From: Candidatus Methylomirabilota bacterium
Lineage (GTDB): Bacteria > Methylomirabilota > Methylomirabilia > Rokubacteriales > CSP1-6
DNA length: 64,000 bases
NCBI GenBank assembly: GCA_036002485.1
Contig: DASYTI010000019.1
Span: 11,990 to 75,989 of the forward strand
Reading direction: 5' to 3'
The translations under genes were made by a program, and so were the position numbers. Every line of letters starts with the position of its first letter. The stretch's first letter is position 1. Below, one piece after another: positions 52,649-62,062 of this stretch. Below the pieces are notes generated by a model, which saw nothing but the letters and a program-made list of their open reading frames with translations, ran no database searches and was not told the DNA's origin.

Positions 52649-53692
52649 ATGGCGATGGATCTCTCCCTGTTTGACTATGAGCTGCCACCGGAGCGCATCG
52701 CGCAGGAGCCCGCGGAGGCGCGCGATGCTTCCCGGCTCCTCGTGCTGGACCGCGGGCGCCACCGCTGGGAGGATGCGCGGTTCTCGGATCTGCCGCGGTG
52801 GCTGCGGGCCGGCGACTGCCTCGTGGTCAACGAGAGCCGGGTCATCCCGGCACGGCTCCTGGGCCTCCTGGAGGGTGAGGACACCGCGGTCGAGCTGCTC
52901 ATGGTGCGGGCGCTCGAGGGCATGCGCTGGGAGGCATTGGTGCGTCCCGGCCGGCGCCTTCGAGTGGGCGCGCGGGTCTCGCTGGCGCATGGCGCCGCGC
53001 GCGTCACCGTGCTCGACCGCCGCCCCGAAGGAGCTCGCGTGGTCGAGATCGAGGCGCCCTGGCCCGTGCAGGAGCTTCTCGAGCGCCACGGGCTGCCGCC
53101 CCTCCCTCCTTACATCGCGCGTCACGACGCGCCCAAGCCCGAGGACTGGGAGCGCTACCAGACGGTGTACGCGCGCCCCCCGGGCTCGATTGCCGCGCCG
53201 ACGGCCGGACTCCACTTCACCCGGGCCCTTCTCGAGCGCCTGGCCGCGGCCGGCGTGGAGATTCACCCCATCACCCTGCATGTAGGACCCGGCACGTTTC
53301 GGCCCATCCGTACGCGCGCCGTCGAGGCGCATCGTCTCGCGCCCGAGACCGCCGAGGTGCGCGCGGCGACCGCCGAGGCCGTGAACCGGGCCCGCGCGGA
53401 GGGCCGCAGAGTCATCGCCATCGGGACCACGGCCACCCGGACTCTGGAGTGGGCGTCCGACGCCACGGGCGTGGTCCAGGGGCGGAGCGGCGAGGCGGAC
53501 CTGTTCGTCTTTCCGGGCCACCGCTTCAGGGTCGTGGATGCCCTCGTCACGAATTTTCATCTGCCTCGCTCGAGCCTGCTCTTGCTCGTCTCGGCGTTCG
53601 CCGGGCGCGAGCTCATCCTCGCCGCCTACGCCCACGCCGTGGCTGAGGGCTATAGGTTTTATTCCTACGGCGACGCGATGCTGATCCTGTGA
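52649..53692 (+). CDS. queA: S-adenosylmethionine:tRNA ribosyltransferase-isomerase
   Basis: LFDYELPPERIAQEP N-terminus. 347 aa. Confidence 0.92.
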   Translation: MAMDLSLFDYELPPERIAQEPAEARDASRLLVLDRGRHRWEDARFSDLPRWLRAGDCLVVNESRVIPARLLGLLEGEDTAVELLMVRALEGMRWEALVRPGRRLRVGARVSLAHGAARVTVLDRRPEGARVVEIEAPWPVQELLERHGLPPLPPYIARHDAPKPEDWERYQTVYARPPGSIAAPTAGLHFTRALLERLAAAGVEIHPITLHVGPGTFRPIRTRAVEAHRLAPETAEVRAATAEAVNRARAEGRRVIAIGTTATRTLEWASDATGVVQGRSGEADLFVFPGHRFRVVDALVTNFHLPRSSLLLLVSAFAGRELILAAYAHAVAEGYRFYSYGDAMLIL

Positions 53693-54849
53693 CGGCGCCC
53701 GTGACCTTCGAGGTGCTGGCGCGGGACGGCGCCGCGCGGGCCGGACGGCTCGGCACGCGTCACGGGGCCGTCGAGACGCCGGCCTTCATGCCCGTGGCCA
53801 CGGTCGGATCGGTCAAGGGCCTCTCGCCGGCAGACGTCCGCGCCTCCGGCGGGCAGATCGTGCTCGCCAATACCTACCATCTCTTCCTGCGCCCCGGGCA
53901 CGAGGTGATCCGCGAGCTGGGCGGGCTCCACCGCTTCATGGGCTGGGAGGGGCCTCTGCTCACGGACTCCGGGGGCTTCCAGGTCTTCAGCCTGTCGAAG
54001 CTCCGAAGGCTGGGCGAGGAGGGCGTGGAGTTCCGCTCGCACATCGATGGCTCGCTGCGCCTCCTCACGCCAGAGGTCTGCGTCGAGATCCAGCACGCGC
54101 TGGGCGTGGACATCCTCCACCCCCTCGACGAATGCCTGCCCTATCCCGCGACGGAGACAGACACGGAGCGGTCGCTCGGACTCACCCTCCGGTGGCTCGC
54201 TCGATCGGTGACGATCCATGCCAAGGGCGATGGCGGCCGAGCGCTCTTCGGGATCGTGCAGGGCGGGAGCTACCCCGTATTGAGGCGGCGGGCCACCGAG
54301 GCGGTCTGCGCCTATGACCTGCCGGGCTACTCGATCGGCGGCCTCGCGGTCGGCGAGGACACCGGGCGTCTCTACGACATGGCGGAGCTGACGGCCGCCC
54401 TTCTCCCGCCGGATCGGCCCCGCTACTTGATGGGAGTGGGCAAGCCGCGGGACCTGGTGGAGGCCGTCGCGCGCGGGATCGACCTGTTCGACTGCGTGGT
54501 CCCGACGCGCAATGCCCGCAACGGCCAGGCTTTCACGGCGAACGGGCCGCTCACCATCAGCCACGCGCGCCACGCGCGTGATCCCGGCCCCCTCGACGCG
54601 GAGTGCCCGTGTGAAGCGTGTCGGCAGTTCTCCCGCGCGTATCTCCGACACCTCTTCGCGGCGCGAGAGCTCCTGGCCTATCGGCTCCTCTCCTTGCACA
54701 ACCTGACCTTCTATCACGGGCTCTTGACGAGCGCGCGTCACGCGATCACGGAAGGCCGGTTTTCCTCTTTCCGGTCTCGGTTTCTCGACCGTTATGGGGT
54801 AGAATCCCTGGGCGGTTCGGACCCCACCTCGATGGTCACGGAGGCCTGA
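53689..54849 (+). CDS. tgt: Queuine tRNA-ribosyltransferase
   Basis: FEVLARDGAARAGRL...TPAFMPV, DSGGFQV, and the zinc motif CxCxxC...H (ECPCEACRQ). Start overlaps the queA stop. Confidence 0.92.
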   Translation: MTAPVTFEVLARDGAARAGRLGTRHGAVETPAFMPVATVGSVKGLSPADVRASGGQIVLANTYHLFLRPGHEVIRELGGLHRFMGWEGPLLTDSGGFQVFSLSKLRRLGEEGVEFRSHIDGSLRLLTPEVCVEIQHALGVDILHPLDECLPYPATETDTERSLGLTLRWLARSVTIHAKGDGGRALFGIVQGGSYPVLRRRATEAVCAYDLPGYSIGGLAVGEDTGRLYDMAELTAALLPPDRPRYLMGVGKPRDLVEAVARGIDLFDCVVPTRNARNGQAFTANGPLTISHARHARDPGPLDAECPCEACRQFSRAYLRHLFAARELLAYRLLSLHNLTFYHGLLTSARHAITEGRFSSFRSRFLDRYGVESLGGSDPTSMVTEA

Positions 54850-54854
54850 AGTCC

Positions 54855-55190
54855 ATGGTGGATCTCGCGTTCGCGGCGGCGCAGTCGCCCAGCGGGCAGG
54901 GCGGCGGCTCGGCCATGGTGCAGGTCGCCTTCTTCGCGGCCATCTTCGCTATCTTCTACTTCCTCCTCATCCGCCCCCAGCAGAAGCAGCGGCGCGAGCG
55001 CGAGTCGCTGCTCACCAAGGTCAAGGCGGGGGACCGCGTGGTGATGTCGAGCGGCTTGCACGGCACCGTGGTCAAGCTCTCGGAGCACAGCGTCACCATC
55101 AAGGTGGCCGACCAGGTGCGCCTCGAGTTCGACCGCACGGCCATTGGCCGCATCGTGCCGTCCTCGGGCGAGGGCGCCGCGGGCTCCTGA
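54855..55190 (+). CDS. yajC: Preprotein translocase subunit YajC
   Basis: AIFAIFYFLLIRPQQKQRRE...VKAGDRVVMSSGLHGTV is the canonical YajC sequence. Confidence 0.88.
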   Translation: MVDLAFAAAQSPSGQGGGSAMVQVAFFAAIFAIFYFLLIRPQQKQRRERESLLTKVKAGDRVVMSSGLHGTVVKLSEHSVTIKVADQVRLEFDRTAIGRIVPSSGEGAAGS

Positions 55191-56743
55191 TGACCCGCCG
55201 TCTCTGGCTCCGCGTCGGCATCGTGGCCGTGGTGGCGGTGGTGTCGATCTTCTACCTCTACCCTCCGAAGAAGACCATCAACCTCGGCCTCGATCTTCAG
55301 GGCGGCATCCACCTCGTGCTCGGCGTGGACATCGACAAGGCTTTCCAGACCCAGGTCGATCGGGTCGGGGACAGCATCCGCGGCGCGGTCGAGAAGAAGG
55401 GGATAGCCCTCAAGGCCGTCGAGCGGCGGGGCACCACGGAGCTCGTCGTGCAGCTAGCCTCCCCCCCGCAATGGGCGGAAGCCCAGACCGCGCTCAAGGA
55501 GTTCGGCGCGCTCGAGATCAAGGAATCCGATCAGACGGCCGGCCGCGTCGTGCTCGCCATGCGCCCGCGCGAGGTCACGGCCCAGCGCGAGTGGTTCATC
55601 AAGCAGGGTCTCGAGACCATTCGAAACCGCGTGGACCAGTTCGGGGTGGCGGAGCCTTCCATTCAGCAGCAGGGCGACAACCGCATCCTCGTCCAGCTGC
55701 CGGGGGTCCAGGACCCCGAGCGGGCCAAGGCTCTGATCGGCAAGACCGCGCTGCTCGAGTTCAAGCTGGTCAACGAGAGTGCCAGTGTCGAGCAGGCGGT
55801 GGCGGGGCAGGTGCCGCCGGGTTCAGAGCTGGTCTATCAGCGCCGCGTCGACAAGGAGACCAAGGAGGAGCGCAAGACCCCCTTCGTGGTCGAGAAGAAG
55901 GCGCATCTCACGGGGGCCGACGTCGCCAATGCGCGCGTCTCCATCGACCAGAACACGAGCGAGCCCTATGTGTCGCTCGAGTTCACGGCGGCCGGCGCGA
56001 AGGCCTTCGCGGAATTGACCACGAACAATGTCGGCCGCCATCTTGCCATCATCCTCGACGGCAACCTCTACTCCGCTCCCGTCATCCGCGAGCGGATTCC
56101 CTCGGGGCAGGCCCAGATCACGGGCGGGTTCACCACGGAGGCCGCGACCGATCTGGCCATCGTGCTGCGGGCGGGCGCCCTGCCCGCGCCCGTGCAGGTG
56201 CTCGAGGAGCGCACGGTGGGACCGTCGCTCGGCGCCGACTCGATTCGCAAGGGCATCGTCTCGAGCGCGGCGGCCGCCCTGGCCGTGGTGCTGTTCATGC
56301 TCGTCTATTACCGGGTGTCCGGGCTCATCGCCGACGTCGCCCTCGGGCTCAACCTGCTCATCCTGCTCGCGGCTATGGCCGGCTTCCACGCCACCCTGAC
56401 CCTGCCGGGCATCGCGGGTGTGGTGCTGACGATCGGCATGGCCGTGGACACCAATATCCTGATCTTCGAGCGCATCCGGGAGGAGCTGCGCGGCGGCAAG
56501 ACGGTGCGCGCGGCCATCGACTCGGGCTTCGCCCGCGCCTTCCGCACGGTCATCGACACCCACGTGACCGTGCTCGTCTCCGCGGCCATCCTGTACCAGT
56601 TCGGCACCGGACCCGTGAAGGGATTCGCGGTCACCCTCGCCATCGGCCTCCTGGCCAGCCTCTTCACGGCCGTGTTCTTCACCCGCCTGGTCTTCGACCT
56701 GATGTACATGCGATCCCGGCGGGTCGAGAGCATCTCGATCTAG
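55190..56743 (+). CDS. secD: Protein translocase subunit SecD
   Basis: 517 aa, a periplasmic domain, and an RND-like 6-TM C-terminus (GIAGVVLTIGMAVDTNILIFERIRE). Confidence 0.92.
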   Translation: MTRRLWLRVGIVAVVAVVSIFYLYPPKKTINLGLDLQGGIHLVLGVDIDKAFQTQVDRVGDSIRGAVEKKGIALKAVERRGTTELVVQLASPPQWAEAQTALKEFGALEIKESDQTAGRVVLAMRPREVTAQREWFIKQGLETIRNRVDQFGVAEPSIQQQGDNRILVQLPGVQDPERAKALIGKTALLEFKLVNESASVEQAVAGQVPPGSELVYQRRVDKETKEERKTPFVVEKKAHLTGADVANARVSIDQNTSEPYVSLEFTAAGAKAFAELTTNNVGRHLAIILDGNLYSAPVIRERIPSGQAQITGGFTTEAATDLAIVLRAGALPAPVQVLEERTVGPSLGADSIRKGIVSSAAAALAVVLFMLVYYRVSGLIADVALGLNLLILLAAMAGFHATLTLPGIAGVVLTIGMAVDTNILIFERIREELRGGKTVRAAIDSGFARAFRTVIDTHVTVLVSAAILYQFGTGPVKGFAVTLAIGLLASLFTAVFFTRLVFDLMYMRSRRVESISI

Positions 56744-56754
56744 GCGCTCCTGCC

Positions 56755-57687
56755 ATGATGCAGATCTTCGTCAACGCCAAGTACGACTTCGTGGGCAAGC
56801 GGCGCTGGTTCTACGCCGTCTCCGGCGGGTCCATTCTCGTGAGCATCATCTGGATCCTCTTCGTGGGCGGCCTCAACTACGGTATCGACTTCACGGGGGG
56901 CGCGCTCGTGCAGGTTCGGTACGACAAGCCAGCCTCCGTTGATCTCGTTCGACGCGGCCTCGACGAGATCAAGCTCGGCACGGCGATCATCCAGCAATTC
57001 GGTGATCCTCAGGAATATCTGATCCGACTGCCGCACGTCGCAGAGAAGCCGGACGACCTCGCCAAGCAGGTGCAGGCGGTCCTGGCCAAGGCCGCGGGCG
57101 CATCGGTGGAGATCCGGCGCCTCGAGTTCGTCGGCCCGCAGGTGGGCCGAGACCTCCAGCTGCAGGCCCTCTATGCCGTCCTGGCCGGCATGGCGGGCAT
57201 CCTGATCTATGTCGCCTTCCGCTTTCATTTCCGCGACGGGGTCATCTCGGTGGTGGCCATCGCCCACGACGTCATCGTCACCCTGGGCGCGCTCTCGCTG
57301 ACCCAGCGCGAGATGTCCCTGCCTGTGCTGGCGGCCCTCCTGACCATCGTGGGCTACTCCATCAACGACACCATCGTCGTCTTCGACCGCATCCGGGAGA
57401 ACCGCGCCAAGGGCCTGCGGAAGGGCCAGACCATCGCCGAGCTGGTCAATACCGCCATGAACCAGACCCTGTCCCGGACGCTCCTGACGTCCTTCACGAC
57501 CTTCATCTCCGCCGTTGTCCTCCTCGTCTTCGGGGGCGAGGTCCTGCGTGATTTCGCCTTCGCTCTCGTGGTCGGGGTGGTCACGGGCACCTACTCGTCC
57601 ATCGCGGCGGCCTCGCTGGTCATGGACTGGGAGACCTGGAGTCGGGTTCGGACCAAGACGGCGGGCAAGGTTCCCGCGAAGGCCTGA
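56755..57687 (+). CDS. secF: Protein translocase subunit SecF
   Basis: MMQIFVNAKYDFVGKRRWFYAVSG...GYSINDTIVVFDRIREN. Confidence 0.92.
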   Translation: MMQIFVNAKYDFVGKRRWFYAVSGGSILVSIIWILFVGGLNYGIDFTGGALVQVRYDKPASVDLVRRGLDEIKLGTAIIQQFGDPQEYLIRLPHVAEKPDDLAKQVQAVLAKAAGASVEIRRLEFVGPQVGRDLQLQALYAVLAGMAGILIYVAFRFHFRDGVISVVAIAHDVIVTLGALSLTQREMSLPVLAALLTIVGYSINDTIVVFDRIRENRAKGLRKGQTIAELVNTAMNQTLSRTLLTSFTTFISAVVLLVFGGEVLRDFAFALVVGVVTGTYSSIAAASLVMDWETWSRVRTKTAGKVPAKA

Positions 57688-57702
57688 AAAAAGCCGTAGC
57701 AA

Positions 57703-57738
57703 CCTCCTGATTTTAGTGGCAAAATCAGAGGTCAACCT
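57703..57738 (+). terminator. AT-containing hairpin between secF and relA
   Basis: cctcctgatttt-agtggc-aaaatcagaggt forms an imperfect 12-bp stem. Confidence 0.3.
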
Positions 57739-57751
57739 CGGAGGGTAAGGG

Positions 57752-59893
57752 TTGACCCAGCTCGAGACGCTCATAGAGGAGATCCCGAAGTACCAGCCGG
57801 GCGCGAACCTGGATCTGGTCAACCGCGCCTACCGCTTCTCCGAGCTCAGCCACCGCGGCCAGCAGCGCGCCTCGGGTGAGCCGTACCTCTCGCACCCCCT
57901 GGAAGTCGCCGGCCTCCTCGTGAACTTCAAGATGGACGTGACGACGGTTACCGCCGGCCTCCTTCACGACGTGCTCGAAGACACCGAGGCGACCAAGGAC
58001 GATCTCGAGCGAGAGTTCGGCCGGGAGATCGCCGACCTCGTGGACGGCGTGACCAAGATCGGCAAGCTCGCCTTCTCGTCGCGCGAGGAGCGGCAGGCCG
58101 AGAACTTCCGGAAGATGGTCGTGGCCATGGCCCACGACCTGCGCGTGCTCATGATCAAGCTGGCCGACCGTCTCCACAACATGCGCACCCTCGACTACCT
58201 CCCGCCCGACAAGGGGCGGAAGATCGCCCAGGAGACGCTCGACATCTACGCGCCCCTGGCCCACCGTCTCGGCATGGCCAAGGTCAAGGCCGAGCTGGAG
58301 GACCTGGCCCTCCGGGTCATGCAGCCCGAGGACTACCAGGACCTGATGCGCCGGGTGGCCAAGCGCCGCCTCGAGCGCGAGGCCGAGATCAACCAGCTCA
58401 TCGCCATCCTCCAGGAGAAGCTGGGGGAGGTGGACATCGAGTCGAAGATCGCCGGGCGGCCCAAGCACTTCTACTCGATCTGGAAGAAGATGCACGAAGG
58501 GGGGCGCGAGTTCGACGAGATCTACGATCTCACCGCCGTGCGCGTGCTCACCAAGACCGTGCGCGACTGCTACGGTGCCCTGGGCGTGATCCACTCGCTC
58601 TGGAAGCCCGTGCCCGGCCGCTTCAAGGACTTCATCGCCATGCCCAAGGTCAACATGTACCAGTCGCTCCACACCACGGTCATCGGGCCCAAGGGCGATC
58701 CGGTCGAGATCCAGATCCGAACCTGGGACATGCACCGGGTGGCAGAGGAGGGGATCGCCGCGCACTGGCTCTACAAGGAGAAGAAGAGCGAGCGCGACCG
58801 CTTCGACGAGGCCTTCGTGTGGCTCCGGCAGCTCGTGGAGTCGCAGAGCGATCTCAAGGACTCGCAGGAGTTTCTCGACTCGGTCCGTCTCGATCTCTTT
58901 CCCGACGAGGTCTACGTCTTCACCCCCAAGGGCGACGTCAAGGCGCTCCCGGAAGGCTCGACGCCGCTCGACTTCGCGTACGCCGTCCACACCGACGTGG
59001 GCCACCATTGTGTGGGCGCCAAGGTCAACGGCAAGCTGGTGCCCCTCCGCTACACCCTGCGCCAGGGCGATATCGTCGAGATCGTCGCCTCGCCCACCCA
59101 GCACCCGAGCCGCGACTGGCTCAAGATCGTCAAGTCGAGCCGCTCCAAGGCCAAGATCAACCAGTGGCTGAAGATCGAGGAGCGCGCCCGCTCTCTCGAG
59201 CTCGGCCGCGAGCTCTTCGACCGGGAGGCCAAGAAGTATCGGCTGGTCCCCGCCACGCTCCTGGCCTCGGAGGAGATGAAGAAGCTCCTCGTGGAGCTCG
59301 GCTTCTCCTCGGCCGACGACCTGCTCGCCTCCGTGGGCTATGGCAAGAGCTCGGTGCACCAGGTCCTGGGCAAGCTCGCGCCCGCCGTGGTCCACGACGA
59401 GCCCGCGCCCGACCGGACGGCCAAGGCGCCGCGCAAGGCCGAGGGCGCTGTTCGCATCCGGGGCGTGGACGACGTGCTCGTGCGCTTCGGCAAGTGCTGC
59501 TCGCCCGTGCCGGGCGACGGCATCGTGGGCTTCATCACACGGGGCCGAGGACTGACGGTGCACGCGCGCGACTGCCTGACCGTAGTCAAGAACGTGCTCG
59601 ACAAGGAGCGGCTGGTGGCCGTGGAGTGGGACGGGGGCGAGCCCGCCACGCGCCCGGTCAAGATCGCCGTCTACATCGGGCGCGACCGTCCCGGCCTCCT
59701 CGCCGAGATCACCGCGGCCATTTCCTCGCGCCACGGCAACATCACCAAGGCGGAGATCACCGTCACCGACGACCGGAAGGGCATCAACCATTTTGTCATC
59801 GAGGTGGAGGACCTTCAGCAGCTGCAGGGCATCATGCAGAGCATCCGCGAAGTGAAGGACATCGTGAACGTGGAAAGAGTCCGCGGGCTCTAG
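57752..59893 (+). CDS. relA: Bifunctional (p)ppGpp synthetase/hydrolase (RelA/SpoT/Rel)
   Basis: HD hydrolase domain (HPLEVAGLL..HDVLEDT), synthetase domain, TGS, and ACT (GLLAEITAAISS). TTG start with GGAGGG RBS. Confidence 0.92.
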   Translation: MTQLETLIEEIPKYQPGANLDLVNRAYRFSELSHRGQQRASGEPYLSHPLEVAGLLVNFKMDVTTVTAGLLHDVLEDTEATKDDLEREFGREIADLVDGVTKIGKLAFSSREERQAENFRKMVVAMAHDLRVLMIKLADRLHNMRTLDYLPPDKGRKIAQETLDIYAPLAHRLGMAKVKAELEDLALRVMQPEDYQDLMRRVAKRRLEREAEINQLIAILQEKLGEVDIESKIAGRPKHFYSIWKKMHEGGREFDEIYDLTAVRVLTKTVRDCYGALGVIHSLWKPVPGRFKDFIAMPKVNMYQSLHTTVIGPKGDPVEIQIRTWDMHRVAEEGIAAHWLYKEKKSERDRFDEAFVWLRQLVESQSDLKDSQEFLDSVRLDLFPDEVYVFTPKGDVKALPEGSTPLDFAYAVHTDVGHHCVGAKVNGKLVPLRYTLRQGDIVEIVASPTQHPSRDWLKIVKSSRSKAKINQWLKIEERARSLELGRELFDREAKKYRLVPATLLASEEMKKLLVELGFSSADDLLASVGYGKSSVHQVLGKLAPAVVHDEPAPDRTAKAPRKAEGAVRIRGVDDVLVRFGKCCSPVPGDGIVGFITRGRGLTVHARDCLTVVKNVLDKERLVAVEWDGGEPATRPVKIAVYIGRDRPGLLAEITAAISSRHGNITKAEITVTDDRKGINHFVIEVEDLQQLQGIMQSIREVKDIVNVERVRGL

Positions 59894-59917
59894 TCCGCCG
59901 CCCCTCGCCGTTCCGCC

Positions 59918-60289
59918 ATGACGCACACGGAGTTCGAGACGCTCGTCGAGCGGGCCCTCCGTACCTTGCCCCGCCGGTTCAAAGACAAGATCAGCAACGT
60001 GGCCATCGTGGTGGAGGACTGGGCGGACGAGGAGACCCTGGAGCAGGTCGGCATCGAGCCGCCCGACACCCTCTACGGCCTCTACCGGGGCATCGATCTC
60101 ACCCGCCGCGACACCTCCTACGGCAATGTCCTGCCGGACACGATCCACATCTATCAAGGGCCGATCGAGGAGGACTGCGCCGATGCCGAGGAGATGGCCG
60201 AGCTCGTGCGCGACACCGTGATCCACGAGATCGGACACTATTTCGGTCTCGATGACGACACCATGGAAGACATCGAAGGCCACGAGTAG
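59918..60289 (+). CDS. Metallopeptidase-like protein (PF06262-type, HExxH)
   Basis: 123 aa, with HEIGHYFG zinc-binding motif. Confidence 0.7.
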   Translation: MTHTEFETLVERALRTLPRRFKDKISNVAIVVEDWADEETLEQVGIEPPDTLYGLYRGIDLTRRDTSYGNVLPDTIHIYQGPIEEDCADAEEMAELVRDTVIHEIGHYFGLDDDTMEDIEGHE

Positions 60290-60366
60290 TCGCCGGGCCG
60301 ATCTGCTTCGCCTGGATTTCCCCGTTCCGTCCCCGGTTGTCCGCCCGCTTCGGCTAAGTTTTTTGC

Positions 60367-60395
60367 TTGACAGCATTTTCATTTGTCCTTATGGT
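60367..60395 (+). promoter_or_regulatory. Near-consensus sigma70 promoter (TTGACA, 17-bp spacer, TATGGT) with an A/T-rich UP-like tract
   Basis: ttgaca-gcattttcatttgtcct-tatggt lies in an AT-rich island 40-70 nt upstream of the ATG at 60433. Confidence 0.55.
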
Positions 60396-60432
60396 TTCAG
60401 CGTACGCTGAAAATTATGGAACAAGTGAAACG

Positions 60433-61479
60433 ATGGACAAAACGCAGAGTATCGTGCGGTCAGCGGCCCAGTGGCTTCGGGACCTCCTTCCGAAAGCCAC
60501 CGGTTGGGAGGAGCATGCCGGTTTCAAGGTCGGCAGCCAAAGGGCCGATCTCGTGATCAAATTCAAATTCGGCGGAGAAGAGCAGACGCTGCTTCTCGAA
60601 ATCACTTCGCTCGGTCAGCCCCGCCAGATCCGGGAGACCATCACCCGTTTGGGGGAGCTGCGCGCCGAACTGGGCGGGGCCTATCCGGTGGCCGTGGCGC
60701 AATACATCAGCCCCCAGGGCGCGGGCATCCTGAAACGGAACGGTCTCGGATATCTCGATCTCTCGGGAAATTGCCATCTGGCCTTTGGCAATGTGCTCAT
60801 CGAGAAGGAAGGCAAGCCCAATCTCCGGCCCTCGACGCGGCCGCTCAAGTCGCTCTTCGCGCCGCGCGCGACGCGCGTGATCCGGGCCCTCCTTGCCGAG
60901 CCCGCCCGCCTGTGGCGGCTCGATGAGCTCGCCAAGGCCTCGCAGGTCAGCCTCGGCCACGCGCACAACGTGGTCAAGCGCCTCGTCGAGCTCGCCTGGC
61001 TGGATCGGGGCGAGCAGCAGCGGATCCAGCTCAGCAAGCCCGCCGACCTCCTCGACGCATGGGTCGACGCCTACACGTACCGCCTCAACGAGGTCTCCAC
61101 CTACTTCTCTCCCGAGCGGATCACCCGCAAGCTCGTGGGCGAGCTCGCCCGCGTTGCTCAGGAGGAGGGCCGGCGCTTCGCTTTCACGCTCCATTCCGGC
61201 GCCGCCCTCGTCGCGCCCAACGTCCGGTTCCCGGCTATCCACTGCTATCTCGAAGGCGATCCCGAGCCGGTGGCGAGGGTGCTGGGGCTGAGACCGGGTG
61301 ATGACGGGGGTAATGTGCACCTGCTCGCGCCCTATGATCCTGGCGTCTTCCACGCGCCCATAACGAAAAGCGGCGTGCCCGTGGTGTGCCTGCCCCAGCT
61401 CTATGCCGATCTCTATCACTATGAGCGGCGTGGCCGTGAACAAGCGGCCCATATCCGCCGCGAAGCCATGGGCTTCTAG
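60433..61479 (+). CDS. Hypothetical protein with central winged-helix DNA-binding region (possibly AbiEi-like)
   Basis: 348 aa. wHTH-like LDELAKASQVSLGHAHNVVKRLVELAWL. A near-consensus sigma70 promoter sits upstream. No family assigned with confidence. Confidence 0.6.
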   Translation: MDKTQSIVRSAAQWLRDLLPKATGWEEHAGFKVGSQRADLVIKFKFGGEEQTLLLEITSLGQPRQIRETITRLGELRAELGGAYPVAVAQYISPQGAGILKRNGLGYLDLSGNCHLAFGNVLIEKEGKPNLRPSTRPLKSLFAPRATRVIRALLAEPARLWRLDELAKASQVSLGHAHNVVKRLVELAWLDRGEQQRIQLSKPADLLDAWVDAYTYRLNEVSTYFSPERITRKLVGELARVAQEEGRRFAFTLHSGAALVAPNVRFPAIHCYLEGDPEPVARVLGLRPGDDGGNVHLLAPYDPGVFHAPITKSGVPVVCLPQLYADLYHYERRGREQAAHIRREAMGF

Positions 61480-61503
61480 GCGGGGAAGGGAGGTGACGCT
61501 TCT

Positions 61504-61575
61504 ATGAAGAAGAAAGCCAAGAAGAAGAGCGCAAAGAAGCGCAAGAAGGCGACGAAGAAGGGGCGGCGGCGGTAG
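61504..61575 (+). CDS. Micro-ORF encoding a 23-aa polybasic peptide MKKKAKKKSAKKRKKATKKGRRR
   Basis: GGGAAGGGAGGTGA Shine-Dalgarno sequence 7 nt upstream of the ATG. Immediately follows the hypothetical gene. Confidence 0.4.
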   Translation: MKKKAKKKSAKKRKKATKKGRRR

Positions 61576-61589
61576 CCGACGTCGAGCGT

Positions 61590-61690
61590 TCGAGTCGAGA
61601 CGGTGCCCGATGTTCGAGTTGAGCGGCGAAGCCGCGAGACGAGGGCTGGGTTGATCCCGCAGGCGTGGCAGTTCGGCTGAGTTGACGAAC
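61590..61690 (+). repeat. Copy (about 1.5 units) of the ~45-bp repeat family between the two micro-ORFs
   Basis: tgttcgagttgagcggcgaagccgcgagacgagggctgggttga matches unit 1 of the array at 21541. Confidence 0.65.
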
Positions 61691-61715
61691 GCAGCGGAAA
61701 GGGGGTGACTTCCTA

Positions 61716-61757
61716 ATGGCGAAGAAGAAGAAGGCGGCCAAGAAGAAGAAGAAGTAG
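61716..61757 (+). CDS. Micro-ORF encoding a 13-aa polybasic peptide MAKKKKAAKKKKK
   Basis: GGGGGTGA Shine-Dalgarno sequence 7 nt upstream. Paralogous in architecture to 61504..61575. Confidence 0.3.
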   Translation: MAKKKKAAKKKKK

Positions 61758-62018
61758 CGTGATCGGTCGGTGGGAGGTGGCGGCCTTCCATCGACGCGTT
61801 CCACGCTCTGTGAGCAGGTCACCCGGCGGGGGGCGGCAACGCTCCTCGCCGGGCTCCTGTTTCCCGGCTAGACGCAGGAGTCTGTCTCAGTAATCTCGAT
61901 GCCCTCACGAGCAGGAATGTCACATTTCGAGCGCCGGCTTCGCCGGCCCAGTTCTCGGATTGCTCGCCTCGGGCGGCGGGGCCCCAGCCCCGCGACGTCC
62001 TCCGGCTCGCACTGGGTC

Positions 62019-62060
62019 GGGGGGAGGCCCCGGAAGGGGGGCGGAGCCCCCCTCCGAGTT
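62019..62060. repeat. GC-rich palindromic hairpin repeat (REP-like), copy 2
   Basis: cggggggaggccccggaaggggggcggagcccccctccgagtt. Directly abuts the rpmB stop codon. The stem GGGGGGC/GCCCCCC is conserved, the loop differs. Confidence 0.7.
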
Positions 62061-62062
62061 CT

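Noticed and set aside
57725-60382. 885-aa minus-strand ORF
   Set aside because: Antisense to relA/spoT and the peptidase gene, both of which have clear family motifs. Shadow ORF.
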